This document shows, piece by piece, positions 9,086 through 17,529 of a stretch of DNA of 64,000 nt. The translations under genes were made by a program, and so were the position numbers. Origin of the DNA: a virus (Duplodnaviria > Heunggongvirae > Uroviricota > Caudoviricetes); the IMG/VR virus record IMGVR_UViG_3300034691_000069. One strand, 5' to 3'. The notes below the pieces were generated by a model. It ran no database searches, had not been told where the DNA came from, and saw only the letters and a list, made by a program, of their open reading frames with translations. Each line of letters begins with the position of its first letter. The stretch's first letter is position 1.

Positions 9086-9997
9086 TCAGTGATAGACCAA
9101 CTCACCGATGGATTTTTTGGTCACTCGGGCATTTACAGGGTTGCCAAAAATATGGATACCACCAATACCTGTCGCAGAGCCAACAATAGATTTTAATGCA
9201 GTCACTTTTACCTTACCGATACCGGACGAAATGAGTGTAACGTTATCCGCTTTCAATCCTTTTGCGTCAACAGATCCTGTGCCAGAAGTAGTCAAATCAA
9301 GGTTTTCGCAAGTTCCATCAAAAGTCGATGAACCCACTGAATCTTGTTTAATTTTGATAGATTGGGAAGCTTCGCCATTGTATTCAAAAGATCCGGTTCC
9401 GCTGATGTTAAAGACCGAGTTCAGAACACGACCAGAAATAAAACAATCCCCAGTGCTTTCTTTATTGACAGTGGCTTCATAGGCATTGATTTTTGCGTTA
9501 AAGGAGCCTGTCCCACGAATATCAAGCAAGATAGTGTCAAAGTCACCCGTCAAAAAACCTTTACCTGTGCCCAATTTCTTGATGTTTATTTTTTCTTGTT
9601 TAAAGTCTTGGATGTCAACTTTACTTGAGCCATTGTGAGCAATGGATTCTAATAGGGGTGCAGTAATGAAAAGCTTCATAACAGGGTTAATAAGAACATC
9701 CTTTTCAACCTTGATTTTAAAACAACCATTAACAGTTTCCACTTTTAAAAATGGAATGAGTTTTTCATTGATTTCAAGTTGAATGGTAAGATTTTCACCT
9801 TTTTGGATGACAGTTTCAAAAGGGCCAACAATACTTACCGAAGAGAAATCTTTAAATTGAACCGGATGGTTGACAACAGGGCCGTAGTCTTCTTTGGGGA
9901 TTTTACCGCCAACAATGGAACCATTGATGATGGTCACATTATTGAAGCTATTTTTTTTCCCGAAAAGCGACTCCATGACATCTTTGAATACGGACAT
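9086..9997 (-). CDS. DUF2807/GIN-domain-like beta-repeat protein (putative adhesin-head-like fold)
   Basis: repeated G(S/T)GS(F/V) / SGIG strands (DIRGTGSFNAK, ISGTGSFEYNG, TSGTGSVDAKG, SSGIGKVKVT) typical of DUF2807. Confidence 0.5.
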   Translation of the reverse strand: MSVFKDVMESLFGKKNSFNNVTIINGSIVGGKIPKEDYGPVVNHPVQFKDFSSVSIVGPFETVIQKGENLTIQLEINEKLIPFLKVETVNGCFKIKVEKDVLINPVMKLFITAPLLESIAHNGSSKVDIQDFKQEKINIKKLGTGKGFLTGDFDTILLDIRGTGSFNAKINAYEATVNKESTGDCFISGRVLNSVFNISGTGSFEYNGEASQSIKIKQDSVGSSTFDGTCENLDLTTSGTGSVDAKGLKADNVTLISSGIGKVKVTALKSIVGSATGIGGIHIFGNPVNARVTKKSIGELVYH

Positions 9998-10123
9998 AAT
10001 CTGTCTCCAAGTAATTGATAAACCATTGTATCAAATTTATATTTTTAAAACAACATTTTTCATTGTTTTTTTTTTGAAAATTGAATACAAAAGATCTATT
10101 GAGCATTCAAATTAAATAGTTTT

Positions 10124-10152
10124 TTGTGGCGAAAATCTTCTATTTTTATAAT
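10124..10152 (+). promoter_or_regulatory. sigma70 promoter TTGTGG-17-TATAAT for plus-strand moron gene 10188..11054
   Basis: -35/-10 with 17-nt spacer about 35 nt upstream of ATG. Confidence 0.5.
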
Positions 10153-10187
10153 GTTGTGATAGAATGTAAAAAAATAATAAAATTTTT

Positions 10188-11054
10188 ATGAAAAAAACAT
10201 TACTATCATTAACGATGGCATTAGCTGGCGGCATAACACAAGCTGAATATGTTGTTAAATTTAACTTAGATGAACCTGTAAGATTTGCCAGTTGGGCTGC
10301 AAATTCTCCATTGTATGGCGATTGGGAAAACACAGGAAGTGTGCATTCATGTCTAAATTGGAGTCCTGCTGTTTCTGCAATAACCATTGGAAATACGTTC
10401 ACACAAACGGCAAACGATTGTAAGCAAGATCAAATAAGATCAGTCCAAGATCGAGAAATTGATAATGTTTCAGGCAGTATTCGTAACATTGGAAATCCTT
10501 ATAATGAATCTCAAAGTATTAACACAACTCAAACACGAAGTGCTGTAGGCACATTAGAAACGTGGGTAGCGATTGCTGCTGATGTCACAACATGGGTTAA
10601 CAGTGGGGGTGTAACAAGCTGCACGAACTGGAGTCCAGCCACATCAACGGTCACATCTGGTCAATCATTCACACAAACTGCCACAGATTGTCAGCAACCA
10701 CAAACTCGCAATAAACAAAATCGTGAGCAAGAAACAACCACACAAGCAATCAGAAACGTGGGTTCAGTTATTATCGAAAACCAATCAATTGCTGCTACTT
10801 CAACGAGAACAAGCGTTGGAACGAAACCAGCTACAGTATGTAACTTCGCATGGGGTTCTTATGAATGGGGTTATCAAGAAGATGAAGGTTACATTACAGA
10901 ATTAACTGTTTTATGGCAAGGTAATATTGTATATAGAAATTATGTCAATCCAGACTACCTAACTAACTATCCAGATGTAAGAGGAACTGATGGTAAACTA
11001 TATAGACGTGGGCCGTATCAGTCAGGCGGATATCAAGTTTGCCAAGTTAACTAA
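10188..11054 (+). CDS. secreted protein with three Cys-containing repeat modules (C.NWSPA.S..T.G..FTQTA.DC.Q.Q.R..Q.RE...IRN.G)
   Basis: signal peptide; internal triplication; own promoter and terminator; member of a 4-gene family in this window. Confidence 0.6.
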   Translation: MKKTLLSLTMALAGGITQAEYVVKFNLDEPVRFASWAANSPLYGDWENTGSVHSCLNWSPAVSAITIGNTFTQTANDCKQDQIRSVQDREIDNVSGSIRNIGNPYNESQSINTTQTRSAVGTLETWVAIAADVTTWVNSGGVTSCTNWSPATSTVTSGQSFTQTATDCQQPQTRNKQNREQETTTQAIRNVGSVIIENQSIAATSTRTSVGTKPATVCNFAWGSYEWGYQEDEGYITELTVLWQGNIVYRNYVNPDYLTNYPDVRGTDGKLYRRGPYQSGGYQVCQVN

Positions 11055-11071
11055 ACTATAATATACAAACA

Positions 11072-11097
11072 AAAACCCCAAGGGCGGGGTTTTTTGT
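11072..11097 (+). terminator. rho-independent terminator (aaaaaccccaagggcggggtttttt)
   Basis: GC stem + T-run directly after stop of 10188..11054. Confidence 0.6.
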
Positions 11098-11129
11098 TAT
11101 TCCTAATATAATCAAAGTTAGCTGAAATA

Positions 11130-11300
11130 TTATTCAATAATAGGAATAGGCTCGCATTCAACGTAGTTGTAATGACCTGATGACTCAAGTTCCTTTTTCA
11201 AGGCTTCTGCCTTTACTTCGTCAAGAAAAACACCCTTCACCTGTTTATCAGCGGTTCTTGGATAATACTGATCCCAAGCATAAACCATATAACCTTGCAT
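11130..11300 (-). CDS. small ORF about 56 aa (MQGYMVYAWDQYYPRTADKQVKGVFLDEVKAEALKKELESSGHYNYVECEPIPIIE)
   Basis: ATG with GGAG RBS; fills otherwise empty 270-nt gap; below track cutoff. Confidence 0.4.
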   Translation of the reverse strand: MQGYMVYAWDQYYPRTADKQVKGVFLDEVKAEALKKELESSGHYNYVECEPIPIIE

Positions 11301-11331
11301 AATCACATCTCCAAAGAAAGGGATTTCGATT

Positions 11332-11616
11332 TTAAACTTCCGAGAAAGTCAGTTTGAATACTGAGTAAGGCACTACCAGTGTTTCGCCGTTTTTCACGAC
11401 AACAAAATCACCAACTTCAATACGTTGCCAGCCAGCATTGGTTTTTACGCCAAAAAACGCATTTTTAGGAGTGCCCATCATATCACCGGGAACCTTGACA
11501 ACTTTGTTTTCATAGCCCATATAACATTTATGAACATGTTCTGCTGCTTCTGTGTCAGTGCCATATTGAGCAGCTTGGCAGGTGATGTTGTCATTACCGA
11601 TATACGTTTTCATCAA
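11332..11616 (-). CDS. hypothetical protein
   Basis: ORF track. Confidence 0.5.
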   Translation of the reverse strand: MMKTYIGNDNITCQAAQYGTDTEAAEHVHKCYMGYENKVVKVPGDMMGTPKNAFFGVKTNAGWQRIEVGDFVVVKNGETLVVPYSVFKLTFSEV

Positions 11617-11631
11617 GTTTAATTCCTATTG

Positions 11632-12021
11632 TTAACCAATGGTGAAAATACAAGCCAATTTTTTATCTGGTTCGATTTCGTTATCCCAAATGTTTTCATT
11701 GTCAAAATGTTTGACGTTTTTCTTTTTCAACAAAGCATGGAGTTCTGTGAAATTGAACTGGTATGGCTTATCCAGTTCGGGTTCAACACAAAACCGTTCA
11801 CCATCCAAATGATAGATGAAGAAATAACCGGGCAAAACAGCCACAAAGGTGATCGTCCAAACCCGCTCATCACCCATAGGTTCATCACAATGAGGGTCAA
11901 CCTCAGACATGTAGGCATATTCGACGCCATTCACAGTCAAGCGTTCTGTATAGGCAGAAGCCTTACGCTCTTTACAGCGTTCTACAATGGCATTAAGTAT
12001 TGTCTGATTGTTGGTCTTCAT
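11632..12021 (-). CDS. hypothetical protein
   Basis: ORF track. Confidence 0.5.
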   Translation of the reverse strand: MKTNNQTILNAIVERCKERKASAYTERLTVNGVEYAYMSEVDPHCDEPMGDERVWTITFVAVLPGYFFIYHLDGERFCVEPELDKPYQFNFTELHALLKKKNVKHFDNENIWDNEIEPDKKLACIFTIG

Positions 12022-12104
12022 GATGAGATACCAAGGCTAACTGATTTGTGTGTATTATATCAAGATAGCCTTGTTGAGTAAAGTAAAAACTCATTTTTGA
12101 TGAG

Positions 12105-12416
12105 TCAAATAATCTGCATAAGAATGTTTTCCATATAGTCACAAAACCCAACTGGACAATCAGAAAACCGTCCTTCCTTCGTGAGAAGAATTTCCTTATC
12201 ATTAAAACGAATGATAATGTCGTTTGGTAACAACTCTGTCTTGAAGACAGCCAATCGGAAATAATCAATAACCAGCGAACTGGATGTATAAATCAAGTGT
12301 TCATCGTTACTATCAACAATATCGGCCACAAATTCAGCGGCTAGTCCATCAGATGTTGGAACACCATGAATAGGATCATAGACCAGAAGAATGCGTGTTC
12401 CGGGTGGAATGTTCAA
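12105..12416 (-). CDS. hypothetical protein, paralog of 32303..32656 (shared YDP..GV.T.DGL ... AFRLA ... GFCD motifs)
   Basis: ORF track; alignable to second copy 20 kb away. Confidence 0.55.
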   Translation of the reverse strand: MNIPPGTRILLVYDPIHGVPTSDGLAAEFVADIVDSNDEHLIYTSSSLVIDYFRLAVFKTELLPNDIIIRFNDKEILLTKEGRFSDCPVGFCDYMENILMQII

Positions 12417-12440
12417 GGTAAATTTCCTTAAATAATTGGC

Positions 12441-12704
12441 TTAATCGCTGATAAGGTCGTCAACATTATCCAGCGTTTTAAACAGTTGAACAATGGCATT
12501 ACAGTAGCATACGACGAAAGCTTCAGCCACCACAACAACACTCAAAGCAACGGCCATAAGGTGAGTGCCCAACCAAATTTGATAAACAACACCAGCCGAA
12601 GTAGACAGAATCAAGATGCTTGCCAAAACAGTCAAGGCAAGTTTAAGATATTTCTGATTGCCGAGAACGCTTTCCGATTGATTTTTCATGATGAAAATCC
12701 TCAT
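12441..12704 (-). CDS. small membrane protein (two TM helices)
   Basis: ORF track; hydrophobic segments. Confidence 0.5.
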   Translation of the reverse strand: MRIFIMKNQSESVLGNQKYLKLALTVLASILILSTSAGVVYQIWLGTHLMAVALSVVVVAEAFVVCYCNAIVQLFKTLDNVDDLISD

Positions 12705-12758
12705 TAAAGAAAGACTTAAGCAAGAAAGCAGTAGACTGGCTACTGCTTAGCTGGTTGA

Positions 12759-12893
12759 TTACTCTGCGTCTTGGTGACGGTTACGACGACGATTTCGAAA
12801 TTCGTTATCTTTTTTGTGAAATTTTGCTTGTTCATTGTCTTTTTTCTTGCCGCCACGAAAACGTTCTTGTGCGTCACCGAAAGAGCCTTGCAT
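12759..12893 (-). CDS. small basic protein, 44 aa (MQGSFGDAQERFRGGKKKDNEQAKFHKKDNEFRNRRRNRHQDAE), copy 2 of 3
   Basis: near-identical to 5280..5414; preceded by conserved 5'-UTR hairpin element (12927-12977) and promoter CTTTGATATACT (about 12988-13000). Confidence 0.55.
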   Translation of the reverse strand: MQGSFGDAQERFRGGKKKDNEQAKFHKKDNEFRNRRRNRHQDAE

Positions 12894-12926
12894 TTTTTGT
12901 ATCCTTTTTGACTGATTTAATTAAGT

Positions 12927-12977
12927 GAGCAATTGCAAGGGTAAAGGCTTACTGGTTTGCTCGACCCTTGCTGCTTC
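12927..12977 (-). promoter_or_regulatory. conserved 5'-UTR stem-loop element copy A (stem GCAAGGGU/ACCCUUGC, 21-nt loop) between promoter and small basic protein gene
   Basis: about 50-nt block about 85% identical to 43332-43383; stem differs by a compensatory pair (U-A versus G-C). Confidence 0.55.
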
Positions 12978-13031
12978 AACGTGGTTAGTATATCAAAGGT
13001 AATGAACCAAGACAAGCTTTTTTAAGAGGTC

Positions 13032-13370
13032 TTAAGAAAAAGAAGATGGTTGCAGTGGCTCAAATGGAACCGACACCACCTTTTTATAAAATAGCACAGT
13101 CAAAAAAACGGCGAAAGCTGCAAATAGGCTAACAAAAACTGCCGAGGCATAATCGACTTTCCAGACAAAAGAACCGCAGACCAACACCAAAAAGGAAGTG
13201 ATCATAATCAAGACTGAAAAAAAGATAAAGTCAATAATTTTTTCTTCACGAAAGCTTTTAAATCTTGCTTTATCAGCTAAATAAATATTTTTTTTATCTT
13301 GTTCTTTCTGCAAAATAATCCAAGACTGAATTGCATTGATTTCTGATTGTGTTTTCATAATTTTATCCAT
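13032..13370 (-). CDS. membrane protein
   Basis: ORF track; two hydrophobic helices. Confidence 0.5.
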   Translation of the reverse strand: MDKIMKTQSEINAIQSWIILQKEQDKKNIYLADKARFKSFREEKIIDFIFFSVLIMITSFLVLVCGSFVWKVDYASAVFVSLFAAFAVFLTVLFYKKVVSVPFEPLQPSSFS

Positions 13371-13379
13371 AGGATTAAT

Positions 13380-13988
13380 TTAAATTTCAGCCAAACCGTG
13401 TTTAAAGTAATTCGAAATAAGCAAAATACGATACAAATCTTTGACTTTACTGTCAGGATCTTTTTGAAGTTCTTCCGTGATCGGTGAATAATCAAATTCA
13501 TAAAATCCCATAGGTTCCTTGGACATAATAACTTTAATCCAACGATAAGCCTTTGGAGCTTTCCGATCAGAAAGGAACAACATAAGTTCATTATCTATGT
13601 TAACAATCGCATCTTTCACTTCATATTTATAAAGATTTGAGATATCCGCAAGCGAATTTTCAGCCGCCGCATACAAACCATCAAGACCGATCATGCCGCG
13701 AAGTTCTTCAAGATGACAAGCATTTTCCAGAAAAGTCTTGTCATGATCCGTAAATTCAGTGTGATGTGAAATAATCGTGGTTAATGCCGCAACTTTATTG
13801 AGCATTCCGCCCATAATAAGGATGCTAAGTTCACCTTTTACCGATTCAATACAATTGCTGAAAAAACTGTTTTTGAGTGGTCGGGTAAAGAATCCATTTT
13901 TTTCAAGGATTTCCCGTGCATCACCAATATCCATGCCAAGTTTGATACCGTAAGAAGAGTATTGGGTCATAATATAAAAAGCTCTCAT
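13380..13988 (-). CDS. hypothetical protein
   Basis: ORF track. Confidence 0.55.
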   Translation of the reverse strand: MRAFYIMTQYSSYGIKLGMDIGDAREILEKNGFFTRPLKNSFFSNCIESVKGELSILIMGGMLNKVAALTTIISHHTEFTDHDKTFLENACHLEELRGMIGLDGLYAAAENSLADISNLYKYEVKDAIVNIDNELMLFLSDRKAPKAYRWIKVIMSKEPMGFYEFDYSPITEELQKDPDSKVKDLYRILLISNYFKHGLAEI

Positions 13989-14051
13989 TGAAAAATATGC
14001 TTGATTATAACATTATTTTTGATAAAAGAAAAGCCCATAAATGGGCTTGAT

Positions 14052-14618
14052 TTAATTACGGTATCGATCAATTACTGGCTTATATTCTGCTTTAATTTCA
14101 ACAAAAACATACCTGTTGTTCATGAGTGCGTTTACTTCAACAATCACATCACCTTTTTTGTATTTTGCCCCTGATGGTTTTGTTAAGTCTTCATACCCTG
14201 CAGCAAGAAGTTCACTTTTCGCTTTATCGTAGACTGAAAGAGCATTTTTATACAGTTCAGCTTTATCAGCTAAATACAGGTCATCTGAACGGTACACATT
14301 ACTAAACGTGTAAGTGATTTTACCACTTCTTACAATTCCATTAATATACTCATATTCGACTACTGGATTAATACGGTCACCTTTCTCTACGACAAGTGTT
14401 TTCGACAGAATACTGTCAGTATCAGTAGAGATATCAGTAACCGTAATTTGCTTACCGTCTTCTGAAGATCTGTAGACTTTGAATGATGGATATTCGCCTA
14501 TCTGTGAAGCCATCTGTGAACCACTGACAGGATAGTTAACAGACAACGGGGTTTCGGCATACACTTGCGAACAAAGTGCCAATGAGAGGCCAATGAAAGC
14601 CAATAAACGATTAATCAT
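14052..14618 (-). CDS. secreted protein (signal peptide)
   Basis: ORF track; N-terminal signal sequence ...ALCSQVYA|E. Confidence 0.55.
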   Translation of the reverse strand: MINRLLAFIGLSLALCSQVYAETPLSVNYPVSGSQMASQIGEYPSFKVYRSSEDGKQITVTDISTDTDSILSKTLVVEKGDRINPVVEYEYINGIVRSGKITYTFSNVYRSDDLYLADKAELYKNALSVYDKAKSELLAAGYEDLTKPSGAKYKKGDVIVEVNALMNNRYVFVEIKAEYKPVIDRYRN

Positions 14619-14683
14619 AAAAAAACACTCCTATAAGAAAATAAAATTTAGAAACAAAAAAGCCCCATCGCTGGGGCTTTATA

Positions 14684-14950
14684 TTACGAACTTTTTACAG
14701 TAAAAGAGTCCGATGTCACTTCTGAACCATCAAGAGAAAGTGCGATTCGATAACCAGAGTAATCGTAATCATAGTAATCTGAGCAACTAAGCTCAAACGA
14801 CACATCTTCTTTGACAATGGACACAACAGCAGCCCTCAACTCAACATCAGCTTCCATCATGCCAACAATGGAGTCTTTCAACAGTTCGGTAACAGCCGAA
14901 CGCACATCAACATCAGTTTGCAGCAAGTGAATCAGTTCTGTTTTGGTCAT
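14684..14950 (-). CDS. hypothetical acidic protein
   Basis: ORF track. Confidence 0.5.
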   Translation of the reverse strand: MTKTELIHLLQTDVDVRSAVTELLKDSIVGMMEADVELRAAVVSIVKEDVSFELSCSDYYDYDYSGYRIALSLDGSEVTSDSFTVKSS

Positions 14951-15081
14951 AATAGTATCCTCAGTAGACTATCTAAACGAAAGCTTGAGGTATTCGACTA
15001 CAGAACGTTAACGGGGATAATGTTAGCAAAGAAAAGAAAGAACGTCAAGATCTTTCGATTCATTGCTATGACAATTGCCTA

Positions 15082-15273
15082 TTATTCGGATTTTTGTTTG
15101 TCGAGAGCTTCTTTTGCATCCATTTCTTCGGCCATACGATCATAGACATCAGCATCTTGATCACCACAACGGCAAATGCAATGAATCACTTCATGAGCCT
15201 CGATCTGAGTGTTACATCCGGGGCAGATACCAAATACTTCTTTAACTGGATTAGGGTTCGGGGCGAGTGGCAT
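15082..15273 (-). CDS. small zinc-ribbon protein (CPGC...HCICRC)
   Basis: ORF track; Cys/His cluster. Confidence 0.5.
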   Translation of the reverse strand: MPLAPNPNPVKEVFGICPGCNTQIEAHEVIHCICRCGDQDADVYDRMAEEMDAKEALDKQKSE

Positions 15274-15422
15274 AATGATAATTCTCCGTTGTTTGAAGTG
15301 TCTATTATAGCACTTTCGGCCAAGATAGACAATGAAAACTTTCCAAAATCAGCCACTTGCAATCAAAAATAACAGGAGTATACTTATAAATTAGATAGCA
15401 AGCTAACAATATAAAAGGTGAT

Positions 15423-15584
15423 ATGATGAAGAAAGAAAACGTGAAAAAAGAAATGACTGGATTGGTTTTAAGCGTGTTTATGGGGTTATTTGGCACTGGT
15501 GTTATGGCCGAAGACAACTCGAAAACAAGTGATATAAAAAGCGAAGCGACCACTCAGATAGATTCTAAAAAGCTTCAAAAGTAA
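15423..15584 (+). CDS. small secreted peptide about 53 aa (signal peptide then EDNSKTSDIKSEATTQIDSKKLQK)
   Basis: ATG with AAGGTG RBS; signal-peptide-like hydrophobic core; plus-strand island; below track cutoff. Confidence 0.45.
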   Translation: MMKKENVKKEMTGLVLSVFMGLFGTGVMAEDNSKTSDIKSEATTQIDSKKLQK

Positions 15585-15594
15585 TAGAAAAATC

Positions 15595-15623
15595 TTGTTT
15601 TTGATTTAAATATTAGGTATAAT
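15595..15623 (+). promoter_or_regulatory. plus-strand promoter ending in GGTATAATAGCCTCAC (14-mer shared with promoter at 40485-40500)
   Basis: TATAAT with upstream TTGTTT; transcript 5' end predicted inside a short hairpin agcctcacaaaccaaagaggct. Confidence 0.5.
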
Positions 15624-15653
15624 AGCCTCACAAACCAAAGAGGCTTTAATATC

Positions 15654-15863
15654 ATGGCAAAGAATCAACTGAACGAACATCCGGTAACAGAACAGATGTT
15701 GGCAGGTTTTGAAGTAGGCCAACCGATTGCCCGCTATTGCTTTTTCGTTAACCTGACCTTTAAAGGCATTGTAGACGGTGAAGTAATTATTGCCGATTGC
15801 AATGGTGATACCAAGAAACATCCGAAATGGCTCTTTTTGAAGCACGCCCGAGTTGCTAAGTAG
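15654..15863 (+). CDS. hypothetical protein (69 aa)
   Basis: ORF track; own promoter; terminator aaaaggcccgcagaagcgggcttttt at 15880-15908. Confidence 0.55.
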   Translation: MAKNQLNEHPVTEQMLAGFEVGQPIARYCFFVNLTFKGIVDGEVIIADCNGDTKKHPKWLFLKHARVAK

Positions 15864-15879
15864 TTTTTCCAACAGTAAT

Positions 15880-15908
15880 ATAAAAGGCCCGCAGAAGCGG
15901 GCTTTTTA
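15880..15908 (+). terminator. rho-independent terminator
   Basis: GC hairpin gcccgc-agaa-gcgggc + T-run. Confidence 0.6.
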
Positions 15909-15945
15909 TTGTCTTAAAAATTATGAATATTTTTGCAGAAAAAGC

Positions 15946-15974
15946 TTGTGCTCATCAGTAGTGTTTGGTATTAT
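15946..15974 (+). promoter_or_regulatory. sigma70 promoter TTGTGC-17-(TG)TATTAT driving non-coding unit
   Basis: good -35/-10 with extended TG; no ORF of significance downstream before terminator at 16133-16160. Confidence 0.5.
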
Positions 15975-15980
15975 AGCTGT

Positions 15981-16160
15981 GGAGATGCGGGATGAGAAAA
16001 AACTCATCTTTCAGGGTTGATGTTTAGCATCCGATGACCATTCAGAGGCTCTGCCGACATGGTAGCTCGTCATACGCTGGTGATGTATGATGGAAAACCG
16101 CACCGCATAAAAGGAGTCCAATCTTCTTTTTGGGAGAGGCTAAATGCCTCTTTTTTTTCG
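15981..16160 (+). ncRNA. candidate sRNA (about 180 nt, promoter- and terminator-bounded, multiple internal hairpins)
   Basis: unit between strong promoter and hairpin(gagaggc-taaat-gcctctt)+T8 terminator; only 11-38 codon ORFs inside, longest runs through the terminator. Confidence 0.4.
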
Positions 16161-16211
16161 TCTATGAAAAGCTAATAAGCATAAAAAAAGCCACACATAT
16201 GGCCTTTTGTT

Positions 16212-16985
16212 TTATGGTAATTGTGAATAATATCTATCAGGATTAATTGACTCAATCAGGTAAATAAACTCTTTTTTACTAGCAATATCACTGGCTTTAA
16301 ATTCAATCAGAAGATTGTCATAAAAATGTTTGTAGTCAGAAACTGATATGAAACGTGTATTATCACTAGTCATTGCCTTGAAAGCTTCCACTGATTTAGG
16401 TAATGGTAATAGATTGATAACTTCACCTATCTTACTATTCCACTTAAAATCCATTTTTTTAATACTATCCATATCATTAGTTATCTTTTTCAATGAGGCA
16501 TAATCATGAGTAGTTAAAGCCTTTGAAAATTGTAATCCAATATCTGATTTTGAAAAAGTTGGATTAGCCAACACTAATTTTTCATAAAGTTCACTAATCG
16601 GCTGATACATGTATTCATCTGTATTCTGATAATTATAAACAAAGAAAACTGCTGGTATCAAGGAAATTGTAGTCATGAATAGTGATTTTTTTAAATTATC
16701 ACGTTTAATCCAAGATAAAACAGTTGCGAGTGTGAATGCAAAATAAGTAAAGAAAAACATTAATGCCATGATGTTGAATGAATAGTCCCCCGGTTGAAAC
16801 AAATTAGCATACGTGTAACCATCACTAATAGCTATTTTATGATTAATCATGTTCATTACAGTCAGTGTTATATAATAGAGTGCCAATGGCACTAAAACAA
16901 TTGACACTAGCACTGCAATTAATTTTTGAACAAGTGTAAATTCAACATTTCTTTGCCCCGTAAGGTCAGATTTATGCTCAGACAT
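16212..16985 (-). CDS. multi-pass inner-membrane protein (4-6 TM helices)
   Basis: ORF track; several hydrophobic helices. Confidence 0.55.
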   Translation of the reverse strand: MSEHKSDLTGQRNVEFTLVQKLIAVLVSIVLVPLALYYITLTVMNMINHKIAISDGYTYANLFQPGDYSFNIMALMFFFTYFAFTLATVLSWIKRDNLKKSLFMTTISLIPAVFFVYNYQNTDEYMYQPISELYEKLVLANPTFSKSDIGLQFSKALTTHDYASLKKITNDMDSIKKMDFKWNSKIGEVINLLPLPKSVEAFKAMTSDNTRFISVSDYKHFYDNLLIEFKASDIASKKEFIYLIESINPDRYYSQLP

Positions 16986-17090
16986 ATAAGACTCCTAAAT
17001 AAATTTCATATATCGTCGCATAAAAGCATAATAAGTCAAACAATAAACAACAAAAAACCCGCCGAAGCAGGTTCTATTTTGTTCTACTAA

Positions 17091-17432
17091 TTAGCAACGA
17101 CGCCCATTACGATGGTCTTTGCCATAAGGCTGTGTAAACTTGTGGTAGTGACGTGCTGCTGGATTTGGTTTTACACGTAGGTCGAAAGCATGACGTTGAT
17201 AAGCTTCCAGTTCAAGGCTTTCATGAATAATAATGTTATTGATTTCATTAATACTCATTGGCCTGCAAAGTTCAGCAAAAAAATCACCAACAGGGCAAGC
17301 ATGCTCATCAACCAACAGGACTTGCTTGCGAGCTTCACGCTCGGTCACAGCAACAATTTTATGATCGGGAAGACGATCCTGCAGAACACGAATGACATCA
17401 ATATCACCACCAACAACAAGAATTTTACGCAT
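17091..17432 (-). CDS. hypothetical protein (start moved to MRKILVVGGD..., GGAG RBS); possible Rossmann-like N-terminus
   Basis: ORF track with internal-start correction. Confidence 0.5.
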   Translation of the reverse strand: MRKILVVGGDIDVIRVLQDRLPDHKIVAVTEREARKQVLLVDEHACPVGDFFAELCRPMSINEINNIIIHESLELEAYQRHAFDLRVKPNPAARHYHKFTQPYGKDHRNGRRC

Positions 17433-17529
17433 TTTTAAAGCTCCGTTCGATGATTTGTTGAAGTAATTATAACACAAATGAAAGGCAAAAAAAAGCCTAT
17501 CAGGCGATAGGCTCTAAAAAATGTTCATT

